Positions 26,949-40,449 of a DNA stretch of 64,000 bases are shown here, in pieces. The first letter of the stretch is position 1. Each line of letters opens with the position of its first letter. The position numbers and the translations under genes are program-made. The DNA is taken from the NCBI GenBank assembly GCA_904063045.1, contig CAJFCJ010000007.1, positions 3,851,404-3,915,403 on the forward strand. The letters run 5' to 3'. The notes under the pieces were generated by a model. It was not told the origin of the DNA. It searched no databases and worked only from the letters and a program-made list of their open reading frames with translations. Source of the DNA: Dimorphilus gyrociliatus. Taxonomy: Eukaryota; Animalia; Annelida.

Positions 26949-27755
26949 TCTTTGAAATGAACTATAGATTTTAAATTGGAATTGTGATGTAAATATTATT
27001 TTTTAGAAAATTTTTTTTTTAAAAAAAAAATTTGACGGCCAAAAGAAAAGAGAATTAAAAAAAAGCGATATAATAAATAATTCACAAGACTTCCATTGTT
27101 CCGATAATAAATGAGACCTAAATGTCTAATTATTTACCGTTGAGTTGAAAAACAAAGTAATTAATAATGCACAAATTGAAAGTCTATTTTTCTCGTTTTC
27201 TCTTAAACTCTAACTCTCTTTTATTCCTTTTCTCTCTTTCTTAATTTCTTAATTTCGAGGAAATCAATTAAGAAACGGATTTTTGTTTCTCTCGTTGAAA
27301 ATAATTATACTCTTGTTACTTAAAGCGAATAATTAACGAAGAAAAAGTCAATTCAATATGCTACCATTTGTGTTTATCTCTTTGACAGATATACATAAAT
27401 AGATGCATCCATATATATACAGTATATATAAACATATAGAGATATAAAATAAAAACTTACTGGCTATATAATTCAATTAATTCAACATCTGTTCAAGCAA
27501 ATAATTCCATGTTTATAGTAATTACTGACTTTTCGTAACTTTCAAAGTTTTAATAATTGTTGAATATAATATAAAAGGATAATTTATAATCTCTACTCTG
27601 GTAAGATGTATAGTTATCTGATTTGCTTAGAGCTAATTGATAGTTTTGATAGTTTTATTTCGAAGAACTCTAACTGGTTTCCCATTCCAACCATTAAAAT
27701 TTCAGCCAGGAATAGGGGACCACAATTTTGAAGTTTGGTACTTTGAAATTTAATC

Positions 27756-29691
27756 ATGTTTTCCTTAAATATGACACGACAGTTAGGCAATTATGCAAAA
27801 CTTGTTAAAGGAGGTCGTTACTTGAGTAGTAATCAGGGAATTTTCCGTCAAAACGGATTTGGTGCCATATTAAATAATCATTGTCAAAAGAATGAGGCTG
27901 ACTTCCGATCAGCTCTTTTAATCCGCTCTCATCACTCTGGTAATTGGGAAAAAAAATCAAGCTATTTCGGAATCTTCGGAGTTGTTATAGCCGGTGCAAT
28001 TGGTTTGTTGGTTTAATTATATATTATGTTGTTATGATGTTTCTTCGTAAAAGCATCTTGAGTATATAATTAAAGTTGTACTGCATTGTTTTAATTCTTT
28101 TTGAGGCAAATTTTATGTTTTTATTTGAAAAAAACAGGTGGTACATTGCTTTACACTTCCAAAGTATATTCTGCTGAAAAAGTTAATGATAAAGGCGGCG
28201 AAAGGAGACTGGATTTAAGAAACATTCGAATCAACGAAGTGAGAAAGCATAATAGTAAGGAAAATGGTATTTGGGTTATGTATAAACAAGGCGTATACGA
28301 CATCACAAAATTTGTTGATAAGCATCCTGGAGGAGACAAAGTTCTGCTTGCTGCTGGTGGAGAGTTGGAACCGTTTTGGGATATGTACACAATACATAAG
28401 AATCAACATACTTTAGATTGGCTTGAATCGTATAGAATTGGTAATCTTCATCCAGAAGATGTTAAGGAAAGGCAAAAACGACCAGTAGTAAAGCCAGATG
28501 ATCCCTTTGGTTATGAGCCAACACGTCATCCAGCTCTGCGAACGAATTCCTCAAGACCTTTCACAGCCGAACCCCCATTTGAACTCTTGGCCGACAATTT
28601 TGTAACCCCAGCCGAATTATTTTTTGTTAGAAATCATCTTGGGGTTCCAAATGTTGATGTAAACAAATTTAAGCTAGAGATTCAAGGGAAAGGGGTCAAA
28701 AAACCTATTACATTAAGCCTTGATGACTTGAAGAAAAATTTTAAACACCATACAATAACGTCAGCTGTCCAATGCGCTGGAAATCGCCGAGCAGAACTAT
28801 CTGAATACAAGCCAGTTAAAGGAGTCAGCTGGGGTATTGCTGCAATCAGCAATGCAACGTGGACAGGTGTTAAACTAAGCGATGTCCTTACTTCTGCTGG
28901 TGTTTCAGCAGACGATGATTCCGTTCAACACATTCATTTGACGGGTTTAGACAACGATACCAAAAATTTCTACGAAGCCTCTATACCAGCAGCCCAGGCT
29001 CTCGACGGAAACAAAGATGTACTTCTTGCTTGGGATATGAATGGAAAACCTTTGACTCCAGATCATGGATATCCTCTCAGATGTGTTGTTCCAGGTACCA
29101 TCGGAGCAAGACAAGTTAAATGGTTGTATAAAGTCACGGTATCGGATGAAGAATCTAAGTAAATTTTTTAGTAAGGGTATATATGCAAAGAGATTTATGC
29201 TTATCTTTTTTATTTCTAGATCGCATTGGCAACAGAATGATTACAAACAATTTAATCCAACAATTGATTGGGGCACCCTTGATTATAAGAAAGCGGTACC
29301 TATTCAAGAGTATCCCGTTCAGAGCGCAATTTGTGAACCAAAGCCAAATACTGTCGTTGACGATGATGAAATCACGCTTAAAGGATATGCTTATAGTGGA
29401 GGTGGACGGGGTATATTGCGAGTGGATGTATCAATAGATGGTGGAAAGACCTGGCAAGAAGCAGAACTTGAAAATATTAAACGACCAGTCTATAAACAGT
29501 GGGCTTGGACGTTGTGGGAAACAACAATTGAAATACCCCAAGATCTTCAGGGAAAGAAATTCCAAGTTCTTTGTAAAGCAACTGACACTGCTCATAATAC
29601 GCAACCAGAATTTACATCGTCAGTTTGGAATGTTCGTGGCCTAATTAACAATGCTTGGCATCGCGTTGGGGTCTCGCATCAACAATCATAA
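27756..29691 (+). CDS. SUOX: Sulfite oxidase, mitochondrial; exons 27756-28002, 28138-29158, 29220-29691
   Basis: Basic transit-like N-terminus; cytochrome b5 domain (VYDITKFVDKHPGG); Moco domain (FFVRNH, CAGNRR, DHGYPLR, GARQVKWL); SHWQQNDY across intron 2; dimerisation domain (GYAYSGGGRGILRVDVS, WNVRGLINNAWHRV). Confidence 0.97.
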
Positions 29692-30014
29692 CTCTATAAA
29701 TAGCATATTTGATTATTATCAAACATGGAATGTGGAAACTTTCGTTTCGATTACAGATATTATTCTAATTTGCGAGAACTATTTATCTAGAATGTAAACT
29801 GTAGTATATTGTAAGGGTTTAAATATCAGTCATTCTATTCCCTTGTTTTATTCTGTCTTGGAAGGAGGATAGAGACCGAGGAAAAACATGTCCTTTTGCA
29901 ACTATTACTATAAATAAGATTTAGATGTTGAGTTTGGTCAAAGTATTATATTGAGAAAAATAATCTTATCAACAGACAGTTTTTAGGGATCATGAAAGTT
30001 TTAAATAAACTTAT

Positions 30015-33000
30015 CTAATCTTTAGATGCACAAATAGTATCGAGATTCAGAACTCTGAGAGCATCTGTTATAGCTGAAGTCACTTCTGAATTAGACAAAG
30101 AGACGACAAATGCTTTCTTTAAAATTTCGGGGGCATATTCTGAATCATAAAAAAATATATAAAAAGTGTCAAATTCCTATCTGAAATGAGTTCAAAAGTA
30201 TAAAATTACCTTTTGCTAACAAAGCAAACTCCGGTAAATGCTTAACAGCCGACTCTACAATAGACGAACTTTGGTCCAACATATTCAAATAAGGGTTTAC
30301 AAACTCTTCACTCATTCTGTAAATATTATACAAATATTTAATACAAATTGTATGTTATCTTTGAGTTGCCAAAGTACTAACGAAGGATTTTCCCTTAATA
30401 ATTTCATTGCAAGACTTAAAGTAAGATTACGAATAGTTTCTTCTTTGGTAACCATAAGTGTTTTCAATTGATCCTATAGAGAACAGAGATTAAAGAAATC
30501 GCTTAATCGTAATAACCCAAATATTAATAATTATCAATAATAATCTTACTCGAATAGGTATCAGTATGTCTGCACTTAATTTAGAGATATTATCAACGTC
30601 TTTAAGAGCTTCTAATATATCCAATGTACCCGTGTTTTGATTAATTGAATTAACCAAATTCTGTTGGGCAGTAGTTAAACTAACAGGTGATTCGCTGCGA
30701 AGCAGTACGTTTCGTTCCTTTTCGGCTTTGCCTAAAGGTTTAGATAAGGCGGATAAGAGCGTTTGAGTGTCTGGTATTTCTGGATAATCGTTTGATAAAT
30801 TAACTAGAAATTCTTCATAATTTTTCAAAACTTTTCTTGTTGCAGACGGACGATAAGAATGATAAACATCCAAAAATTTTATAAATTTCTTGAGTAATGT
30901 TAACAACGGCGTTTTCATCTCCTCTAAATGTTGTCCAAATAAATCGAAATATCCTGTAATAATTCCATCTAATGACTTTGAATAGCTCATATGAAAAATA
31001 AATGGCTGTAGTAGTTCTAAAAGTCCTAAAACTTGCGCGTATAAAATATGATAATTTTTATGCTTCAATTGTCTAGAAGTAAAAAATGATTTTCCAGCCA
31101 TTTGAGCTTCGAGTAATGGTAGTTGTCTATAAAAAATATATATTTCATGTTATAAGCTAAAGTTTATTTTATTCTAACCTTAATAGTAAAAGTGGGTGAA
31201 GAGTTGCTAATTTTCTACATGCAATATTTGCATCATAACCCGAAGTTTTCTGTCCACCCAAAGCGCTGAGAATGTGATGTGTTGTCTTATCTAATTGGCT
31301 CAACGAATTGATAGTTGGGAAATTTTCAAGTACATAGTCGCAAATTTCTTTATCCAGCTCGGCAATATTTGGTATTTCTACATACATTTCCAAAACTAAA
31401 TGTTTAACAACTGACGCTTTTATGCTATTAATATAGGATACAAAGGTTTTTTCATTATTTTAAAATGATATCAATTGAAAAGAAAACTTACTCGTCAGTT
31501 TTAATAGTTGATTTAAATTCTTTGTGTAATTGACTAAGTATATCACGAATACTGTTCGCTTTGCAACATTTCCATATAACTTTAAATCTTGAGCTAATTT
31601 TTTCTTTAATGTCAAAGGTTAATGTTGAATTTGAACTTGTTAATTTAGCTTCTTCTATTATAAAATTGATTAGTTTGCATGCTTGATGACAGGTTAATGT
31701 TAAGATCTCTTCTTTAGGTGCGTTCTAAGAAAATATAAATCAATTAATTAGAATGTAATGAAAAAAAACATATCATTTAATTACTAACTATTGATTGCCT
31801 CTTTTCTTTCCCTTGCCATACTTTAGGCAATTGTAAGAGTGCTGTAAAGAAATCTAAAATACTCGTTGGATTAGATAATTCTAATCCACCGGATAATAAG
31901 GAGTCTAAGCAGTTGCTTAAAGTATCTAATGAAGAATTATGTATCAATAAACTCAATAATAAATTTGAATGTTGTAAGTTCTTGTTTAATGAAGCAAAAT
32001 GTTGACCAAATATTAATTTATGCTCGTAGGATGGTGAGATATGTGTTAGTTCCGGATCAAGGATTAATAACCAATCAATTAAAAGATTATTCGTCGAAGG
32101 GGCTAATAAATCTCTGTAAATATAAATAAATATACATACAATTAAGCTTAATTCTTCTATTTCACAATATAAATAGTAAATACCTTAATTCTTTATTCAT
32201 AAGAATTCCACAGATTTTTGAAACAGTTTCACTTATATTTCCATTCTCAATACTGTTTAAAATGTTCGCATTTAATTTTTGACCAAAACCGTTTGTTTCA
32301 CTTTCGTTCATTTTTTCTATAAAAACAGATAATAAAATATTAATTACTTAAAAAAGAAAAACTTATTATCTTACCTAAACGATCATTAATGAATTTTACA
32401 ACCAAATTATTCGAATCACTTAGTCCTTCTCGTAAAATTGATGACAATTCATTAAAATTTGTCTCATCTTTATCGAATACTTCTAAAGTTCTTAATAAAT
32501 TTACTAGCACTTTATCTTGTTTTTGAAATCCATCAAAAAATTTACTCTTATGTTGTTCAGCTAACTGTAAGACGAACATGTTGAATTTTAATATTCAAAA
32601 TTGAATATGAAAAAGATATGTTACTGTAATTAGTGTATTTATGACAAGGCAGGCTTGTTCTTTGTTATTGCAGAATTTGATGACGTTCTTAATGGTTTCG
32701 TAAGATGTACCTGAATTGTTGGCTTTGCTATTGACAATAGACTAAAACAAGAAGAAAAAAATTAATTACACACACGTTTTAATTTAGTTTTTTTGTTCAC
32801 CTTATTTAGTTGACTTTTCAGAGTTTTCTTATTAACATTTGAATGAGAGATTTCTTGCATTTCTTCATCTCTTTTCAAAGTTATAGGTACAATGCTTTGC
32901 GATACGGAATCTAGACAATAGTTAAAATAAAACGGATAAAAAAAAGATTGATATTAAATATTCATAAATGAAAAATTTTCTTTTGTTTACTTTTTTTGTC

Positions 33001-36000
33001 AGCAGAGGAGAAACCTAATACTTTATAGGTTTTAGGTGCTTTTATTCCACTACGATAAGCAACGCGTATTTGATTTCTTAATCTATACTTGTTTTCTGAT
33101 AATAGCTCTTCGCCTTCCTCGTCCAAAATAGATTCCAGTTTATGCATTAACTTTTCAACATTTTGAATTGACATACCGAAACTTTGAATGACAGTAATTA
33201 GTTGAGGCATTGTTATATCAGATAAAACTGTTAATTAAAAAAAAATTTAATTTATAAAGGATAAAAATATTGGAATATTTAAATTAAATAATTTTGTCTT
33301 ACCAATATCAACTAATTCTTCAACAGATGATGTAATTAGTCGTATTCTCACCCAATCAGGTAGCAATAAAGCTACCTCCATTGTGTTTAGTTTAAAAGCA
33401 CGTACAACCGTTGATTTATCAGGTAGCAAATAATCAGATAGTTCATCGTAATAAGAATTTAGTCCTGCAAAATGACAAGACTTATATACTCTTAACAGAA
33501 ACTTACAATTTAATAACAAACCTTTAGGTTTACCATAAGATAATAAAATTATCATTGCTTGAACATAATCCATATTCAGAATAGCTTCTGATCCATTTTT
33601 AAACTCTAAACGAATTTTAACATCCGATTCCTTCTTTCAACGAGAAAAAAAAATAAATGACAGTTATACACTAACAAGAAATATTAATATGATATATACC
33701 CATGCGATTTCTTCGTCGTTTGTTACGAATGATGCATGTAATAACGAATACATGAGTTGTATAATTGATTCTTTAGTTAGTGTAGTTCGTTGAACTTCGT
33801 TTTCAGAGTTAGATATAGGAATAAGTAAATGTTTTGCCATACAAACCCGATTGATTAGAATGTCGGAGAGAGCCTATAAAAATAGATATTTAATTATAGA
33901 ATTTCTAGATCTAGATAGATTATTATATTGTGTTTACATCTGCAATTGCTTCAATAACTGGAAAATTCAATTTATAAGACTGAGAAGAGAGGAATACAAT
34001 ATAGGCCGAAACCGTAGTACTATTAGATTCTAATCGAATTGCTTGAACAAGCTCTTCGCAAATTCCTTGTCGCAATTCTTCAAATTTTTGAATCTTAGGT
34101 AATTGTTCAAAAAGCCATCTGTAATTTGGTAGAAGTTTTGACATTGGATTTTTATCATCATTGTCCATTTCACTTTCTTCATCGCTGGAATCAGATGATT
34201 TCCTTGTAATTATTTGCGATAATCCTTTAGTTGCTAGTAATCTGGCAGATTTAGACGGTGAGAGCAATCTTTGTAAAAAAAATTGCAAAATATTCTCTAT
34301 TTGACCAGTCTCACAAGTACCGTTATATAAAAGTCCCTGCAATTGGTCTAATAACAAGGCCTGTTTATCAGATTTCACTTTAATCGATGTCTTTTCCGAA
34401 GTATCTTCAAACCAATCACTAGTTTCCTCTTCTATCGATGTATCATGTAAAAGAAATTCACATAGGCACTGAACAGGTAGGTGATCCAGGGCTCCATTAT
34501 TAGATTCAACAAGTTCAGCCAACCACGGTCGCGACTGTGTTGTACCTTGAGTTTGAATTAATTCTGACAGAAAATCTGGATCTCTGCTTTTACACAACAT
34601 CATGCCTAAATGATACTGGGTAACGAGTCGAGAGATATCATCCAAAACTGCCTGAGGAGGTGCTCTCGCAGGTCCTTTGGATTGTAATAACATAGTCATC
34701 GACAGAAGAAGAGAATTGTCTTTCGTTATAGTTTCAGTAGCCAAATGATTTTCATATTCAAGGATAGTTTCTTGCTCAATGCTCTTTATTTGATTTTCTC
34801 GAGCATAAATCTCTTGTAATTTATTAGCATCAGGTGCCATTGTTGGGGGAGGGAAAGTAATTTGTCGCGTGATAACCATCTCCATAAAACATTTCAATTG
34901 TGGATAATCATACCAGCCCTCCTTCCCTGAGAAAGAAAATAAATTCTTATTTACAGAAATTAGATTGATCAAATATAATTTTTTACCGAAATTTTCAGGA
35001 TTGAAACCGCTCAATATTAAAAGAATTATCCATATTTTCCAATAATTTAGTGTAACAGCCAATTGAGGAGGTGAATAGCTGTAGATAGATAGTATTTAAA
35101 CAATTAAATTGTAATAAACGAAGACTGTTTAATAATTTACTCTTTTGGCATTGCATAACGTTCAGGATGCTTATAAACGCATAATTCAATAAGTAATTTG
35201 ATCAAATCCAATTTCTTAAATTCAAGAATTTTATAATAAGAAGGAATTTTGTGTCTCTCTATTAAAAAAAAATTCAACTTCGTAAAAAATTATTAATAAG
35301 TTTAAAGCTTACGATCAGCGAATAAAAGAGCCGATCTCCTTATCATTCTTTCAGCCAAATCAAGAGCATCAGATGGCGTTAGAGGGTATGAGGCGCCTAA
35401 ACCAAGTAGGAGGGTCCACATTATTGTATCTTCTAGAACAGGAACTTCAGAAACGATTCGCAACATAACGCTAAAATTTGTAAATACAATTGAGAAGAAC
35501 TTGAATAAAAGTAAATAATTAAGATACAGACTTCCTTTCTTGTTCAGGAGGCCAGCCGTCAACTTTACTATAAACATCAAACTTCTCCATAAAGAGAGCT
35601 TTACGTAAACTATAGAAAAATGTCTTTAAACAAAATAGTTCAGTTTGCAGAAAATATAATTACCATCCAATAAATTGATCAGCATTTAAATTACAAACTT
35701 TCTGTATACTATGAAACCATTGCATACAATCACATTGAATTTGAGCTATTGTTTGATGAAATTCGGCAATGACGTTAAAATCTACACGAGATATAAAAAA
35801 ATTGTTGAATAGAAAAAAAATTTCTTGCTTTCTTATTATTAATTTATAGATTAGGAAAGGAATAAAGGAAAACCTTTAAAATCTCCTCTAAAACAGGATC
35901 CAGCTGCCTCTCGTACTGCAGGAGTTATTAGTAATAGGCAGCAATGAGTTATTAAATCAGTGATGCTATGTATGCATCTAATCTATTAAATAGAATAAAG

Positions 36001-39000
36001 TATATTATATTCGTATTGTTGAATACAAAAAATTATTGAATGAGATACCTTAGTTGCTTTTTCTATGTTCGAGTTATTGAATTTCTCCTGTAGCTCAGGA
36101 GTAAAAAAACTACGCACTAATTCCGATAAATTTAAATCTTGCTTTGCCCATCTAACAACCTCCCGTAACAATAGTCTTATAGCTTTCAAAAAATCATCTT
36201 TATGGAAAAAGAAGTCCTGAAAAATAACACCTAAAGCTCTAGGTCCATTTCTACACTCAGCTTGACACATTGCAACCAACAGAGACATATTATTCGGATT
36301 ACGATTTTGTGAGAATTCATTATAAACTGTTTGCGTCATTATCGTATTCAAGTTCTCTGGGTGTTGTTGAACAAGAATCCTAAAATATAGAAAGAATAAA
36401 AAAGTTTTTCTTTTTTAAAAAAACTTTTTATAGCAATATCTTACTGAATCGCAGTTGTGAATGACGATGTAAACGCTTTACTCTTCAAACGTATTCTCAC
36501 TAATGCACTCATGGTATCAACATCAGTTTGAGAAAATTCATTACAATTGTAACAAATACAAAGCATCAAATCTTGCGCGACCTTTAGATATTTCGGATTA
36601 TTTAACCATAAGTCTAACTTTTGTGCTGCAGAAAGTCTAACGCCAGGAACTCCGGAAGCATAACACATTACCTTTGATAGTAAAAAAATTTATAATTCAT
36701 TTATATAAATATACAGTACCGGCGGTAAGTCATTGTTACACCTCAAAAAAATAATATTTTCTTGATTTTTTCTCTTTCCATACTTAAAGAATGAAAATAA
36801 AGGATATTATTATATTTAATAATATTCTTCTTATCATTATAGAGAGAAAATATACATTTTTCATTTCAAATCTCTGAATTATTGATATTTTAATGTGGTA
36901 GGCCTATTTTCAATGGGAGCATAAGTACTTGTTACAATCACAAAAATTAATCTAAAAGAATATTAAAAGTATTTTTTTGTTCTTATTTTGACTGTTATTT
37001 AACATGATATTATATATGTTAATGCCTTAGTATTTTATGTGCATACCCTTAGCTTCTACAATTACCTTAAGCCTTCTTTCTATTGTCTCATATAAGAATT
37101 GAATTTCCAATTCTGAAATTTTAAAAAATTCCTCTCTGAACATCTCCCACAGCTCATCCTTGTTTCTTGGCTTATGTGCCATTAAATATTTTTTGCATAT
37201 GCCCCATATTTGTTCAATAATGTTCAGGTCTGAGCTTTTTCCTGTGTTTCCACTTCCTTTCTCTTGAGATACACTTTTGTTCTGGCTGCTGTATGACAGC
37301 TAGCTCCATCCTGCTGGAAAATTTCCCCTCTCTTATAATTTGGGACAACATGACTGCTCAACCTTTGATTCATCAGAAAAAATTACTTTTTCCAATTTTG
37401 AATCCCCCACTTTTTTCTCTCTCTACAGAACTCTTTCCTACTTATTATCTGCCTCTTAGATAAAGCAGGTTTTTTGTCTGCAATCCTCCCATTTAAATTA
37501 TTTTTCCTTAGTATTTGCTTCACTGTTGTTAGAGACAGAGACATAGGTATGCCAGAGTTATATAATACCTGATGGGCTGTCCACTTTGGTGTCACTTTTT
37601 TTGGTCTATCACTTCTTTCTTTATCTTTGACAGTTTGTAGCTTTTTAAATTTATTTTTTATGTTTTGTACAGTAGTTGGACTACATTTAAAAAGCTTTGC
37701 CACTTTTCAAATATCACATTAAAGTGATCATATTTCTGAGATTTAAAATGAAAAACATATATTTTCTTTCTATAATGATAAGAAGAATATTATTAAATAT
37801 AATAATATCCTTCATTTTCATTCTTTAAGTATGGAAAGAGAAAAAAATCAGGAAAATATTTTTTTTGAGGTGTAACAATGACTTACCGCCGGTACTGTAT
37901 ATTTATATAAATGAATTACAAATTATTATTTAACATTACTTGAATTAGAGATTTTGCATCCGTTTCATACGGATGTCTTTTAGTAAGAACTTCTTTTATG
38001 AATCCATCAACAATATTATTAACAGTACGTTGATCATATCTTGAAAAAGGGTCAAAATCAGGTATGCTAAATACATTCGATTCAGTTGTGTCCATCTTTT
38101 CTTCATTTGACTTTGGACTTGATGCTTAAAAGACGAAAGAATAATATAAATGACTTGTTATATTAATAATACGTATTTATTTTTTGTGGCTAATGAAATA
38201 CAAAAGCTATGTCTTACAGGGAGAAGAGGTTGCGCTAGATACTTTAATACTCTTTACTCTTGACATTTTTCCACTATTACTTTCCTCCAAAACAACTCCC
38301 GGCGGTATTTTCGTACCAAAAGCAGCTTTTAAACTAGCTGAAAATTCAGCGCATTCATTTCTATTAATCCAAAGCTTGTCTCCAATTGCATCATCAAGCC
38401 AAAGCTAAATATAGATGTGAATTCATTTTACGAAATATGAAGTTTTACTTTTAGATATCTAACCTTAATAAACAAATCTGGCCAGGGTTCCTCATTAGAA
38501 TATGAAGTCATAATAATGCTACAAACCATATCAGCTAATTCGCCTCCATGACGAGATTTTAAAGTTTCTTTTCTCAAAACAGTGCATAATGACTAGAATA
38601 GTAATTCAGCAAGTTAATTCTTAAATAATAATTGGTATTAGAATTTGAAAACTTTTTTGCCAACCTCAATGATTCTATTCGAATTAACAAATATTTGTTT
38701 TTGAGTTGATGCCAAAGTGTTTAGAGTAAACACTATATCCTCAGGAAATGTTTCCTTGTTTTTGTGCTATAGAACATTAGAGGGAATTTCGTTTAACATT
38801 GCAGGAAGATTCTGGTAACCAAGAAAATACTAATTCAGGCAAGTACTTACTATTTTAAGGTATTTGATAGCACCACAAATTAGTCCGTCTATTTTGTCTG
38901 AATCATTTTTTTCTAAAGCATCGTTAATATTTGTTGAAAATGTCTCAGGATCAACTAAAATTTAAACTTTTCTATATAAAAGTTTTCTAACATATTTCAG

Positions 39001-39437
39001 ATTACTTACTGTCCTCAGCTATTTTTTCTAAATCTCTAGCTTGGGAATGTGGAGAGGCTCTACCAGGTGGTTCGGCTGAAAGTTTTTGTTTTTTGTGTGA
39101 TATACCAGATGAAGAGCTACCTTCTCTTTTGGATGAACTAGATTTCTTTCCGCTAGAACTCTTCGACTCTGATTTTGAGCTAGAAGACGCCTTCGGAGGC
39201 GGTGGATCACTCTTTGAGGACGAAGATTTGGAGCCTAAATAGTAATTTTTTAATTTCAATTGGTTGATTAGCTTTATACTTTGCTATATTACCTAGCGGT
39301 ATAAAATCTGTCGCCGGGTGATGCACTACGAAATTAAAGATTGTTGCGAATTTAGGTTAAAGTGAAAGATAATGCATTAATATAGTAATACCTTTGCTTT
39401 TAACGCCGCGTTTGCTGGGTTGGTGTTTATTACTCAT
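30015..39437 (-). CDS. INTS1: Integrator complex subunit 1, multi-exon
   Basis: Traced from ATG 39437 (MSNKHQPSKRGVKSK-VHHPATDFIPLG) through KLDLWLNNPK, NRNPNNM, WPPEQERNVMLRIVSEVPVLEDT, HLPVQCLCEFLL, DWLLILDPE, PKVWQG and LATLHPLLLLR to ...DALRVLNLDTICASKD*. Every junction examined is GT-AG and in phase. Confidence 0.95.
36714..37897 (-). mobile_element. Defective Tc1/mariner DNA transposon (1184 bp) in an INTS1 intron
   Basis: Ends CAGTACCGGCGGTAAGTC...GACTTACCGCCGGTACTG flanked by TA on both sides. Imperfect terminal inverted repeats are about 165 bp (36714-36878 and 37734-37897) and enclose transposase remnants. Confidence 0.93.
37027..37703 (-). pseudogene. Tc1-type DDE transposase pseudogene
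   Basis: HTH region (AKLFKCSPTTVQNI...SDRPKK...TTVKQIL...KKPALS), then a frameshift at about 37385 before VIFSDESK, a large internal deletion, then IFQQDGASCH, a second frameshift, and SSDLNIIEQIW...IVEAKGMHIKY*. No intact ATG-initiated ORF. Confidence 0.9.
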
Positions 39438-39509
39438 TGTCTTGTGAATAAGATAAGAACTTTCTTTACCAAATTACACTAAATCATGTAATTAGGGAGA
39501 GAATTCCAT

Positions 39510-39517
39510 CCGGAAGT
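39510..39517 (+). promoter_or_regulatory. ETS-family motif CCGGAAGT upstream of INTS1
   Basis: Exact match 73 bp upstream of the INTS1 ATG. Confidence 0.45.
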
Positions 39518-40449
39518 TTCTTTACGATCAAACACAATATAGTTCAGATCGAATTTGCGTCGAGAAACGATGTCCACACTTCGCGCAATTAAATATATTT
39601 AATTCATTTTATTTCTTTACTCTTACATTTTATTGCGTGAAAAAGTAGTTGAAAAGTTCCTCTAGCATATATACTCAATATAGTTTACTTAATTAAAAAA
39701 TTCCCATAACTTTTTAAATATTTTAATTGATGTTACTAATTCAACTGGAATGTCATGGGTGTCACTGCATATCTCTTACGAGTTAAAAAAGATATCATAG
39801 TTATTTGTTTATCTAATAAACATTTTCGTAAAAATAAAACAAAAAAGACATTCTTATAAGATGAGAGAATATGAATTTATTAGCACCAAACGTAATTTTT
39901 TCCGAATAAATAGAACAGAAGAAGGAAGCAAAAAGACAAATCATGTTTCAGTCATCAAGAAAAAAGACTTAAAAACAAATAATAACGCAAAAGAGAGAAA
40001 AATAAGATATATATATAGATAAATATGACTTTACAATAAAAACATCCAATAAATAATATTCAATACGAAACTAAATAGCAAGCTACTTGTCCAACTGGTT
40101 TGTAACAGTATTATAAAAAGATATATATATATATATATGTATAAGTAGATATACATATAAATAAAGTCAAATAAACTATTTCCCTCTAAAAATGAATAAT
40201 TAAAAAGCCTCTTAGGTAATTTTCGTTTTGCCACTTTCAAGAAAAGTTCTGAAGGTAATTCAATCATTTTTTCAAGGTTTTTTTTCGATTCAGCCTAAAT
40301 TTTCTGTTTAGACATAGAAGTGTAGCGCAATTGTGTTTTTTTTTTTACGAAAAATATCATAGATATGATAGTTATAAATGAAAGCATAATATCACTTTTT
40401 CGATCATTTTTTTTCGATATAAGTTCAACTACTGTCATTTTCGAATAAA

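Noticed and set aside
40270-40445. Four TTTTCGA repeats just downstream of the MATH-OAS stop codon
   Set aside because: They are short, irregularly spaced and embedded in T-runs, so cannot be distinguished from low complexity without orthologous UTRs.
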